Part shown: positions 1-8,923 of the stretch, one piece after another | How the letters are laid out: every line of letters starts with the position of its first letter | Numbering within the stretch: the stretch's first letter is position 1 | Assembly (NCBI GenBank): GCA_018660465.1 | Contig: JABJKH010000065.1 | Location: 3,728-67,727 of the forward strand | DNA: 64,000 nt | Direction: 5' to 3' | Source: Rhodospirillaceae bacterium | GTDB taxonomy: Bacteria; Pseudomonadota; Alphaproteobacteria; Rhodospirillales; JABJKH01 | Program-made: the position numbers and the translations under genes | The notes under the pieces: generated by a model | Told to the model about the DNA's origin: nothing | The model's input: only the letters and a program-made list of their open reading frames with translations | Databases searched by the model: none

Positions 1-429
1 ATTCATTCCCATACTGGCGAAATTGAGGAGGCGCTCAGTCAACAAATCGGCTTAGTAGATCTCCGTTACGGCGACGCCAATAATCTCGAGTTCGACGATA
101 ACAGCCTCGACTGTATTTTCTCGATGAGCGTGATGGAGCACATTGCAGAAATTGAAGGCGCGGTTGAGAACGTAGCGCGGGTACTCAAGCCCGGTGGACA
201 TTTCATTGTTGGTTTTCCAATCGAAAATTTCGTCTCGAATGCCTTTCTCGATATGATAAAATTAATGATTGGCTTTGATCGCAAGGTGCATCACCCGACC
301 AATCATCACCAAATTCTAGCTGCCTTGGGCCTGCACTTAGAGCCTTTCCACGAACGTCCGTTCCCGTTTTCGGGATCAGTGGCATTCTCTCTCTATTACA
401 CAGGTATTTGGCGAAAACCGGAGAATTAA
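1..429 (+). CDS. Class I SAM-dependent methyltransferase, C-terminal part (5' end outside window)
   Basis: Frame 1 is open from nt 1 (IHSHTGEIEEALSQQIGLVDLRYGDANNLEFDDNSLDCIFSMSVMEHI...VLKPGGHFIV), which is the Methyltransf_11-type post-motif-I region. The ATG at 124 in the ORF track is internal. Stop TAA at 427-429. Confidence 0.8.
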   Translation: MHSHTGEIEEALSQQIGLVDLRYGDANNLEFDDNSLDCIFSMSVMEHIAEIEGAVENVARVLKPGGHFIVGFPIENFVSNAFLDMIKLMIGFDRKVHHPTNHHQILAALGLHLEPFHERPFPFSGSVAFSLYYTGIWRKPEN

Positions 430-433
430 GGCT

Positions 434-1111
434 GTGCTTGATATTGTCGTTCCGACATTAAATGAAGAGGCGAATATTGACCAACTGGTAACGCGCCTAA
501 AGAATGCCTGTCCTGAGGCGCGGCTAATTTTTGTAGACAACTGCTCCACTGATCGCACGCTGGAAATCCTGGAAGGATACGGCGTTGACATCGTCCGCCA
601 TACTGTCAACGAAGGATATGGCAAAAGTCTTTATGACGGCATTATCGCTGGCACAGCGGATTATATTGTTACCATTGACGCCGACCTGGAATACCCCCCC
701 GAATGCATTCCTCAACTGATCGCCCGCCTGGATCAATGCTCGGTCGTTTACGGCTCTCGCTTCGCTGGTGATACTGATCCAGCAATGGGAGCCTTTCGTA
801 TCTACGGCAACCAATTAATTAGCTGGATATTCAACAAACTTTATGGCCAAGCGGTGAGCGACCTTTATACCGGTGTTAAGGCGTTTCGCCGGTCTGCCCT
901 CGACGGGCTTGAATTCCAATGTTCCGGGTTCGTCTTCGTTGTAGAGTTCGCGGCAAAATTGGTGAGATCCGGGTTCCGGCTTGAAGAAGAACCGGTCGAG
1001 TATACAATTCGCCGGGCCGGGCGTCGAAAAATGAAGCACGTCGCGGAAGCTTCAAAGGCACTCTCGTTGTTGTTGTTTTACCGAGTATCGCGGTTAAAAA
1101 TAAAGTCCTAA
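434..1111 (+). CDS. GT2-family glycosyltransferase, Dpm1/GtrB-core-like, no TM segment
   Basis: GTG start. GT-A signatures VVPTLNEEANI, FVDNCSTDRT and the DxD motif IDADLEYPP. Length 225 aa. Confidence 0.85.
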   Translation: MLDIVVPTLNEEANIDQLVTRLKNACPEARLIFVDNCSTDRTLEILEGYGVDIVRHTVNEGYGKSLYDGIIAGTADYIVTIDADLEYPPECIPQLIARLDQCSVVYGSRFAGDTDPAMGAFRIYGNQLISWIFNKLYGQAVSDLYTGVKAFRRSALDGLEFQCSGFVFVVEFAAKLVRSGFRLEEEPVEYTIRRAGRRKMKHVAEASKALSLLLFYRVSRLKIKS

Positions 1112-1115
1112 CAGT

Positions 1116-2573
1116 ATGAATTCACAGAATTTATCTGGCGTCATCCTTGCCGCTGGCAAAGGTACGCGCGCCTATCCCTATACCCAGCGCATTCCTAAGG
1201 CCATGCTTGATATTTGTGGCCGACCGTTGATCCAGTTTTCTCTGGAACTCATGCGCGATAAATTGGGGATCAAGGATATTGTCATCGTCGTTTCTGAAAA
1301 GAATGGCATGATTGAGCAACGGTTTGGCGATGGCCACGATCTTGGTCTCAACATTTGCTATCGCGTTAATGACGCTGTTGAAAAGGGGCCGGTTTATTCG
1401 CTGTCTTTGGCAGAGTCAAAAATATCGGCAGAGCGCTTCGTGGTGATGCTTTCTGACGAAATTTATCTGGATTCAAACCACGAAGCGATACTGGGCACAG
1501 ATTATAGAGACGAAGATATCCTGGTCACAGCGCGGCCCAATAGCTTGATCCGTGACATCAGCAAGAATTTTAGCATCGATTTCGTCGACGGACGCATTTC
1601 TCGCCTCATCGAGAAACCGACGAGTTCTGAGAATGGGCTGCTAGGCTGTGGCACCTACGTTTTCCGGCGCGATGTTTTTGATCAAATTCGTGAAGAATTT
1701 CGAACGCCTGGCCCGGCAACCGACAATCTGACTGCGTTTATTGCAAACCGTCTGGTTAACGGAGCAAAAGTTGGATATGTGCCTCTCGGTGGGAACTACA
1801 TTAACGTGAACTACCATCATGATGTTAATCGCGCGCGATCAATGGCCCGTACCGCAATGTTCGCCGATCCCAAAGTCAGCCTTATCATGCCCTGCCTCAG
1901 CGACAGCGCTGGATTCGAAGATGTGGTTCGAACCTCAATAGATGCCGGACGGGTCGATGAAGTGCTGTTGGTTGTTCACGAGCACACAAAAGAATTCGAC
2001 CGCGTCGCAAGCAAGTACGGCGCTAGACTAATCGTCGCGAAATCCGAATCCCGTGGGCTAGCGCCGCTGATCCGGACCGGTGTTCGGGAAAGCACCGGCG
2101 ACATCATTGCAGTCATGGCAGCCGATGGAACCTTTGAGATTGGCGATCTAGATAAACTGCTCGCTTATATTTACGACGCTGAAATGGTTGTCGGCACCAG
2201 AACTGCCCGGCAACTCATTGATCAGGGGTCGAACATGGATATTGTCGCCCGGCTGAGCAATTACTTCCTGGCCAAGTTCATTGAGGCCTTGTGGGTCACA
2301 CATCTGGTCCGGCTGTCGGACGTCGGCTGCGTCTGGCGGGTATTTTGGCGCTACAGCTACGATGCGGTCATCGACAGGGTTGATGCAGAACGAGGCGAGT
2401 TTTTGATCGACATGGTGATCGAAATGCTACTTTACAGGTTCCAATTGATCGAACTGCCGGTTCGCTACTGCATCAGCATTGACGAACAGGCGGTCCGGTT
2501 TCGCGAGCGGAATTTGGCGACGTTCTTCCGGATAATTAAACTAGCGCTGTCAAAACGGCTAAAAACGTTGTGA
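1116..2573 (+). CDS. Fusion protein: sugar-1-phosphate nucleotidylyltransferase (N-term) + GT2-like domain (C-term)
   Basis: N-terminal P-loop GVILAAGKGTRAYPYTQRIPKAML. C-terminal half reads VSLIMPC...IIAVMAADGTFEIGDL and is GT2-like, with AAD in the DxD position. It is a single uninterrupted 485-aa ORF. Confidence 0.75.
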   Translation: MNSQNLSGVILAAGKGTRAYPYTQRIPKAMLDICGRPLIQFSLELMRDKLGIKDIVIVVSEKNGMIEQRFGDGHDLGLNICYRVNDAVEKGPVYSLSLAESKISAERFVVMLSDEIYLDSNHEAILGTDYRDEDILVTARPNSLIRDISKNFSIDFVDGRISRLIEKPTSSENGLLGCGTYVFRRDVFDQIREEFRTPGPATDNLTAFIANRLVNGAKVGYVPLGGNYINVNYHHDVNRARSMARTAMFADPKVSLIMPCLSDSAGFEDVVRTSIDAGRVDEVLLVVHEHTKEFDRVASKYGARLIVAKSESRGLAPLIRTGVRESTGDIIAVMAADGTFEIGDLDKLLAYIYDAEMVVGTRTARQLIDQGSNMDIVARLSNYFLAKFIEALWVTHLVRLSDVGCVWRVFWRYSYDAVIDRVDAERGEFLIDMVIEMLLYRFQLIELPVRYCISIDEQAVRFRERNLATFFRIIKLALSKRLKTL

Positions 2574-2581
2574 GCTTTCAA

Positions 2582-4147
2582 CTATTTTGCGTTGACGCGG
2601 GCTGAGCGGCGCTCCAAAGCATCGTGCATACGGTGCTCCAGAACTGTCGTCATCTCTGTGCCCCCCTTTACATTGCGGTATGTCCGGATGATCCTCTTGG
2701 GAAACCGAGTATAGCCAACCAAATAATAGAGCATCGTACAAATTAGCCGGTAGAACGACAGCTCTTTTGGCCCGACACTTTGGTTGGTTTTTAAATGATT
2801 GAGCGAAACATAGTCGCCATAAATAGAGGTCAAAGACAGGAAGTACGAATCTGAAACAACGATGCGTTTCTCGGCAACGAGTTCACGAAAGAGTTCGGTC
2901 CCAGGATAGGCACAAAATAGCTGCATAGAAACTTCGTCAATGCCATGCCACGCGAGCTTCAGTCCGTAAGCCAACGTCCGATAGATATCTATCCTGGATT
3001 CTTTTGGCAGCCCAATCATCAAATTTGCTCGGGTAACGATGCCGATTTTCACCGCTGACATGATTGAACCTGTGAGGCGATCAAGATCGATCCGTTTCTT
3101 GATTCTCTCGAGCGTTCGCTTGGAACCACTTTCCGGAGCATAGACTAAGTAATTGCAGTTAATATCACGGAGTACACGCAACGTATCGTCATCCAGAGCC
3201 TCACTCCGGGTGCCTGACGGTAGCGACCATTTGACTGAGATTTTTTCTTCCGCTAGGCGCTTTCCAAACTCTATAATCCAGCGCTTCTTGGTGATCGCCG
3301 TCAGATCGTATAACTGCACTGCCGTGATATCATATTTCTCTATATGGGTCTTAAGTTCAGCAATAACGTCTTCGATGTCGCGCAGGATATAGCGTGTGGT
3401 CCACATTCCAGGATTGGAGCAGAAGGTACACTGGTACGGACACCCTCTGGAAATCATCATCGGCATATCCCGCTCGGTCATGACGCCGAAAGACTTACCC
3501 GTGGCCCAAAATTTCTCTAGGTAACCATCAGGCCAGTAAGGCCATGGAATAGCATCAACCTCCCGTATGCGATTTTGGCCAGTGTTTTCGACGTAATTTC
3601 CCTGCCCATCGAGAAAGCTGACGCCATTGACTTCATCGAAGCCCTGGCCATTTTCGATACATTCTAGAAGCTCGTAGAAGGTATGCTCGCCTTCGCCACG
3701 CACACAGACATTGATCGCCGGACAGTCCTTTAGACAATATTCGGACAGCGCGGTCACGTGTTCTCCACCGGCGACAATGGTGACATCAGGAAAGGCCTTG
3801 CGAATTGCCATGAGAAGGAGTTTTGCTGCGGGCCATTCACCAGAAAACATAGCTGAAAATGCAATAACATCTGTATTGGCAGGAATGCGCTCAATAATTT
3901 CTTCGAATTTCAGTCCCTGACAAACATGTGACGAAATCGTCTCCATAGGCCATACCCGGTTGAGCCCCTCAGCGACGCCGTCGACAAATGTAAAATCGTA
4001 GCCCTTGTTTTTGATATACGCTGAAAGATAAGCGAATGCGATGGCCGGTGTGGCCTCATTATTTATGGCTGTTTTGGTGTAAACGATTGGGCCTCGAACG
4101 AACGTCACAAACGTCTTCTTATTTGCGGTGGAGTTTTCACCCGTCAT
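2582..4147 (-). CDS. B12-binding-domain radical SAM protein (class B rSAM), paralog 1
   Basis: Cobalamin-binding-type segment VIAFSAMFSGEWP...IVAGGEHVTAL...VRGEGE, followed by the CxxxCxxC cluster motif SRGCPYQCTFCSNP. Hydrophobic C-terminal helix FYRLICTMLYYLVGY. Confidence 0.9.
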   Translation of the reverse strand: MTGENSTANKKTFVTFVRGPIVYTKTAINNEATPAIAFAYLSAYIKNKGYDFTFVDGVAEGLNRVWPMETISSHVCQGLKFEEIIERIPANTDVIAFSAMFSGEWPAAKLLLMAIRKAFPDVTIVAGGEHVTALSEYCLKDCPAINVCVRGEGEHTFYELLECIENGQGFDEVNGVSFLDGQGNYVENTGQNRIREVDAIPWPYWPDGYLEKFWATGKSFGVMTERDMPMMISRGCPYQCTFCSNPGMWTTRYILRDIEDVIAELKTHIEKYDITAVQLYDLTAITKKRWIIEFGKRLAEEKISVKWSLPSGTRSEALDDDTLRVLRDINCNYLVYAPESGSKRTLERIKKRIDLDRLTGSIMSAVKIGIVTRANLMIGLPKESRIDIYRTLAYGLKLAWHGIDEVSMQLFCAYPGTELFRELVAEKRIVVSDSYFLSLTSIYGDYVSLNHLKTNQSVGPKELSFYRLICTMLYYLVGYTRFPKRIIRTYRNVKGGTEMTTVLEHRMHDALERRSARVNAK

Positions 4148-4341
4148 AGCTATCCTTCAATTGTTGGTATGGAATATACAATCCAGGTCAAAAGCTTCAG
4201 CGTCTAAGGACACTTGTTATTTATGACTGCCAATAGCAAGATTAAAGGCGTACGTATAGCCAAATTTTTATTTTTACTCCCACATCCAGTATCGAAAGCA
4301 AAGTTCTGAACTCTAAAAATTTACATTATTCTGGTCTTGCA
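4148..4341. promoter_or_regulatory. AT-rich divergent intergenic region; must carry promoters for the rSAM gene (-) and the YfhO-like operon (+)
   Basis: 194-bp gap between divergently oriented start codons (4147 minus, 4342 plus), visibly AT-rich. I could not assign specific -35/-10 or operator motifs. Confidence 0.4.
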
Positions 4342-6417
4342 TTGATCAGTCTTTGGTTCGCTGCGGAATACATACTTTTGGGACCGGCTTCCGTGGTGCC
4401 AACATCAAGCAATGGTGAAATGCTTGTACCGGCACTGCTCAGCCAACAGTTCGCCGCAGACCAAGGTGCACTTTGGCAAAACCTTACAAGTACAGGTGCC
4501 GATAAGCTGGCCTTCACATATTACGGCACCATCGATAGCTTCCTGTTTTCCACATTACCGGGATGGCTCGCACACGCCATCAGGTCGTCTTCCGTAATTG
4601 TTGTGGCGGTTTTAAGCGCCTACGCCGTAGGTCGAAATATTCTTCAATTTTCAAGATCAGCGGCATTGTTTGTAGGAGCCGCATATGGCGTTGGTATAAT
4701 CGGTCAATTATTCGCGGGTTCCATCGGATATTTCCCGATCATTCTATTGGTCATTTATGGCGTGCTAGAGAACAGGACGAGTGCCGCCAGATGGGCGGTC
4801 CTTTTTGCTGTCCTCTATGCCTTTGCCGATATGACCTACTTTTCGCAGATGGTGCCTTGGTCGATGGCAACAATCGTTTTCTGGTTTTTATTCGTGACTC
4901 CCCGAAAAACCATCATTGATTGGGGAATTATTATAGCAGTCTGCCTAATTATGGTGGCATTGCGAGCCGATGACTTTGAAGCTCTTTTCGCCAATGCGCC
5001 GTTGTCGTTCATGGGTTTAGCACGGACCACCCCCGATTTAGGACAAGCTCTTTATGGTTCCATCCGATCTCTCTATCTATTCGGCGGACCCGTTCAAACC
5101 GCGTGTACCGCATTATTTTTAGTTAGTCTTGTCGCAAGACGGAACGACAAACTTCTATGGTCAGTAGGCGCCGCACTTCTAATCAGCATTTTTCTTTATC
5201 CGTTGGGTGTCGCGGTTCAGTCGTTCGCCGCCGAGATCTTGCCGTTTCTAAAAGGCTACTCAATGGATTACGCGGGTCGTATCGGCACAACAATTCTGCC
5301 GTTTGCCGCAGGGTTTGGAATTGATGTCTTGGTCAATAATCAGACGATTTCGAGAATTAATGTACCGCGTGGGATCCCCTTGATCGTGCGCCGGCTTGGG
5401 CTAACTCTTTGCATCAGTGCCATTGCATTTGTCTCGCTAAAAACAAAATATGTTAGTTTATACACGTGGGTAACCAACGGCAGCTTCGCCCATAACTTTC
5501 AAAGTCCAGTAATTGAAGAACTTGCCGACTCCATTCGAACCGAAAAAAAGCCTGTTCGTGTCGAAACATTTCAAATTATTCCCAACTACATGCACGCCTA
5601 CGGAATAGAAACCGCTGGCGGGTATCAGATTCTGCATTCACGACGATACTACGAATTTTGGGCTAAAATGGTTGAGCCCTGGGCCGCATCGCTTACGCCA
5701 GAAAGCCGGTTCTACAAACAATATGCTGACCGGCGCGCGCGAATGGAAGGAAACTTGGCCTTTCGCGATGATCGACTCTGGCTGTTTCCCGATACCTACC
5801 GTCCGACATGGCAGTTGGCCAATATCTACCGTCTCAATTTACTTTCTCTGGCCAACGTTGGCTATTTACTTTCGAGGGATCGCTTAACAGACTCGTCCTT
5901 AGTTCCAATCCGGAAAATGCCGCGACCGTGGTCAGCCATGAAAGCTCGTGAAAAGGCGTTAGAAAACATAAAAGCTAACTTTTATGGCCGCAGTTATTTT
6001 AATATTTATAAGAATACAACAGTAATTCCGCGCTTTTTCACGGTATCGGGCATCAATGTTGCAAACGGTGCTGATAACCTACTCAATGACATGTCGAAGG
6101 CTTCCGTCTCCCTGTTGCGCCAACAGGCATTCGTCTCTAAATTGGACCTTCCACGCGGGTTTGATTCGACCCAAACTTTTTCCCGCAGGCAGGTAACGGT
6201 TGAGCAATACGAAAAAGATCAAATCCGCCTGACATTGTCCAGCGGTGGACCAGCGCTTCTTATTGCAACGAACAGCTATTCACCATTCTGGACGGTTGAA
6301 ATCGACGGCGTGGAAAGTGAGATATTTCCGGCATATCATACTTTCTGGGGAGTTCAGATTCCGGCCGGTGCAAAATCTATCGTTTTTCGCTATCGCCCAC
6401 CTTATAAATTGAGTTAA
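4342..6417 (+). CDS. YfhO/DUF6044-like polytopic membrane protein (putative GT-C-type glycosyltransferase)
   Basis: TTG start. Many hydrophobic segments in the first ~380 aa, then a soluble C-terminal domain ending FWTVEIDGVESEIFPAYHTFWGVQIPAGAKSIVFRYRPPY. That ending matches the YfhO-family C-terminal pattern (W..x.DG....I..A...F.xV.xPAG....F.Y.P) as I recall it. Confidence 0.65.
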   Translation: MISLWFAAEYILLGPASVVPTSSNGEMLVPALLSQQFAADQGALWQNLTSTGADKLAFTYYGTIDSFLFSTLPGWLAHAIRSSSVIVVAVLSAYAVGRNILQFSRSAALFVGAAYGVGIIGQLFAGSIGYFPIILLVIYGVLENRTSAARWAVLFAVLYAFADMTYFSQMVPWSMATIVFWFLFVTPRKTIIDWGIIIAVCLIMVALRADDFEALFANAPLSFMGLARTTPDLGQALYGSIRSLYLFGGPVQTACTALFLVSLVARRNDKLLWSVGAALLISIFLYPLGVAVQSFAAEILPFLKGYSMDYAGRIGTTILPFAAGFGIDVLVNNQTISRINVPRGIPLIVRRLGLTLCISAIAFVSLKTKYVSLYTWVTNGSFAHNFQSPVIEELADSIRTEKKPVRVETFQIIPNYMHAYGIETAGGYQILHSRRYYEFWAKMVEPWAASLTPESRFYKQYADRRARMEGNLAFRDDRLWLFPDTYRPTWQLANIYRLNLLSLANVGYLLSRDRLTDSSLVPIRKMPRPWSAMKAREKALENIKANFYGRSYFNIYKNTTVIPRFFTVSGINVANGADNLLNDMSKASVSLLRQQAFVSKLDLPRGFDSTQTFSRRQVTVEQYEKDQIRLTLSSGGPALLIATNSYSPFWTVEIDGVESEIFPAYHTFWGVQIPAGAKSIVFRYRPPYKLS

Positions 6418-6464
6418 AAAACCATCCCTAATTGCTGTCCAAATAGGTTCATAAGAATAAACTC

Positions 6465-8015
6465 ATGTCGTTAGTTACACTGATACGTCCCCCGGTCTTG
6501 GTCGCTAAATGGGCGCACACAACTCCCACGTGCCCACCGATCGGCCTCGCCTATTTAGCGGCGGTGTTAATTGGAAATGACATAGCGGTTAACGTCGTCG
6601 ATGCAGTAGGCAATGCACCCGATCAAATGCTGCCCACGGATGACGAAAGATTCCTCTCTCACGGCCAATCAACCGAAGAAATTATTGAGGGAATCGATCC
6701 AGCAACTCAAATCATTGGCATTTCTTGTATGTTTTCACATGAATGGCCGCTGATCCGATCTTTAATTACGCGATTGAAGGAAGTTTTTCCTCAAATTTTA
6801 ATTGTCGGCGGTGGTGAGCATATAACGGCACTGCCAGAATTCTCTCTCGAGGATTGCGGAGCACTTGACGTTGGGATAATTGGCGAAGGTGAGGAAACAC
6901 TTACCGAGTTGGTTTCTGCGATACTCGAAAACCGACCCCTGGATGCAATAACCGGTATTGTTTATCGGAATAATGGGAGCATTCTTAAAACCGCGGCGCG
7001 CACTAGAATTCGTAATATTGATAACATCGCCCTTCCGGCCTGGGAGTTGTTTCCATTAGACACCTATTTGGATAACGGATATGGGTTCGGTGTCAATCGC
7101 GGGCGATCCATGCCAGTCCTGGCCACCCGCGGTTGCCCGTATCAGTGCACGTTCTGTTCCAACCCGACGATGTGGGGAACTCGGTGGGTTTCGCGTAGCC
7201 CTGAACAAGTGTTCGACGAAATGCTGCAATATCATAAGCGTTATCAAATTGATAACTTCGATTTCTACGACCTGACAGCAATCGTTAAGAAGAAGTGGAT
7301 CGTCGAATTTTGCCGGATGGTCATTGATTCAGGGGTTAAATTCACGTGGCAACTCCCGAGTGGCACCCGCTCGGAAGCGATTGACGAGGAGGTTTCCGAG
7401 CTTTTGTACCAATCCGGTTGCCGCAACATGAGCTACGCTCCCGAAAGTGGATCACCGAGCGTCTTGCTGCGTATTAAGAAAAAGATCGACCTCAAATCCA
7501 TGGAGGCTTCGATGAGAGACTCCATTAGAAATGGCATTAACTGCAAGGCCAACATCATCATTGGATTTCCCAACGAGACTCATAAGGAGATATTTCAAAC
7601 CCTATGGTTCTGCGTCCGAATGGCGGCGATTGGGATTCACGATGTGTCGCTTTCTCCATTTTCTCCATACCCCGGCTCAGAATTGTTCTCGAATATGCAA
7701 AATGACGGCCAAATTCCTGAGTATAGCGACGAATTCTTCTATGGATTGGCTGCATACACAGATTTGACAACAACCACGTCCTGTTCAAAATACGTCGGCG
7801 ACCGAGCGCTTGGATTTTATCGAATTTTCGGCATGCTCCTATTTTACGGCGTTCTTTATCTGTTACGGCCCTGGCGGCTGGTACGCACGCTTCGTAATGT
7901 CTTCGGTGAATTTCAGGAATCCCGCTTGGAAATGTCGCTTCGAGACCTTTACATTCGCTTGTGTAAATCCAAGGATTCTACGGTAGCTACCCCGGCTCGG
8001 AGTACACACAAATGA
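6465..8015 (+). CDS. B12-binding-domain radical SAM protein (class B rSAM), paralog 2
   Basis: IIGISCMFSHEWP...IVGGGEHITAL...IIGEGE, then TRGCPYQCTFCSNP (Cys codons at 7134, 7146, 7155). It aligns along its length with the 2582-4147 product. C-terminal helix FYRIFGMLLFYGVLY. Confidence 0.9.
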   Translation: MSLVTLIRPPVLVAKWAHTTPTCPPIGLAYLAAVLIGNDIAVNVVDAVGNAPDQMLPTDDERFLSHGQSTEEIIEGIDPATQIIGISCMFSHEWPLIRSLITRLKEVFPQILIVGGGEHITALPEFSLEDCGALDVGIIGEGEETLTELVSAILENRPLDAITGIVYRNNGSILKTAARTRIRNIDNIALPAWELFPLDTYLDNGYGFGVNRGRSMPVLATRGCPYQCTFCSNPTMWGTRWVSRSPEQVFDEMLQYHKRYQIDNFDFYDLTAIVKKKWIVEFCRMVIDSGVKFTWQLPSGTRSEAIDEEVSELLYQSGCRNMSYAPESGSPSVLLRIKKKIDLKSMEASMRDSIRNGINCKANIIIGFPNETHKEIFQTLWFCVRMAAIGIHDVSLSPFSPYPGSELFSNMQNDGQIPEYSDEFFYGLAAYTDLTTTTSCSKYVGDRALGFYRIFGMLLFYGVLYLLRPWRLVRTLRNVFGEFQESRLEMSLRDLYIRLCKSKDSTVATPARSTHK

Positions 8016-8923
8016 CAGCTTTGGTATCGGGCTCCTCCGGGTACCTCGGGTACAACCTAACGGCAAAATTAGTCGGCAGAGGTGAACCCGTCATTGCTGT
8101 CGTGCGTCCAACATCGAAAACTGCTCACTTGGCAGACCTTGGCGAAAACGTCCGTATTTATATCGACGATGGCTCGGCAGACGGTTTGGCCAGCGCATTC
8201 GAGGGCAATGACATTAGCGTTGTTTACCATCTAGCCGCTTGTCGACCCGAATATCTAGGACAAGAAGACACAATTGAAACGGTCGATGCAAATATTGGGT
8301 TTGGCACGCGACTCCTCCACGCCGCCGTTCGCGTGGGATGCCCGTCGTTCATTAATACGGGATCGTGGTGGCAATTTGAAGAGACCGGCGCGATTGCACC
8401 AAATTCGCTCTACGCTGCAACAAAGCAGGCATTCCAAGACATCCTATCGTTCTATGTTCAAACATCGGGCATTCGCGCAGTTTCCTTGATACCCTATGAC
8501 ATTTACGGACCGAACGACTGGCGAGGACGATTGACATCGGTCCTTTTGCGCGCCGCTAAGGGCGAACTGATTAAGATGACCCCAGGTGAACAAAAGATGG
8601 ATATTATTCACGTCTCGGATGTGACAGAAGCCTACATCTCAGCCTGCAAGCTTATGGATCAAAGACATATAGACGGGAATGGAGAACATTATTTTCTTGG
8701 ATCGGGGCACAGGCGAAGCTTAAAAGAAATCGCAAATATATTTGAGCAAGCATGGGAAAGCCCCCTAGCGATTAATTGGGGAGAACTACCGTACCGTGAA
8801 AACCAAGTATTTATGCCATGTCCGGCCAGCCCCACCTTGCCAACATGGAGACCTCAAATGTCACTGGACGACGGTTTCAAGGACCTGATCCAAAATGACC
8901 GTCTAGGTAAAACGGCGCAATGA
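8012..8923 (+). CDS. NAD-dependent epimerase/dehydratase-family (extended SDR) protein
   Basis: N-terminal LVSGSSGYLGYNL (GxxGxxG) and catalytic YAATKQAF (YxxxK). Its ATGA overlaps the upstream rSAM stop at 8012-8015. Confidence 0.85.
   Translation: MTALVSGSSGYLGYNLTAKLVGRGEPVIAVVRPTSKTAHLADLGENVRIYIDDGSADGLASAFEGNDISVVYHLAACRPEYLGQEDTIETVDANIGFGTRLLHAAVRVGCPSFINTGSWWQFEETGAIAPNSLYAATKQAFQDILSFYVQTSGIRAVSLIPYDIYGPNDWRGRLTSVLLRAAKGELIKMTPGEQKMDIIHVSDVTEAYISACKLMDQRHIDGNGEHYFLGSGHRRSLKEIANIFEQAWESPLAINWGELPYRENQVFMPCPASPTLPTWRPQMSLDDGFKDLIQNDRLGKTAQ

Noticed and set aside
4148-4341. A possible cobalamin riboswitch upstream of the B12-dependent radical SAM genes.
   Set aside because: The region is AT-rich. 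It lacks anything resembling the conserved GC-rich B12-box or paired stems, and it is too short and unstructured.
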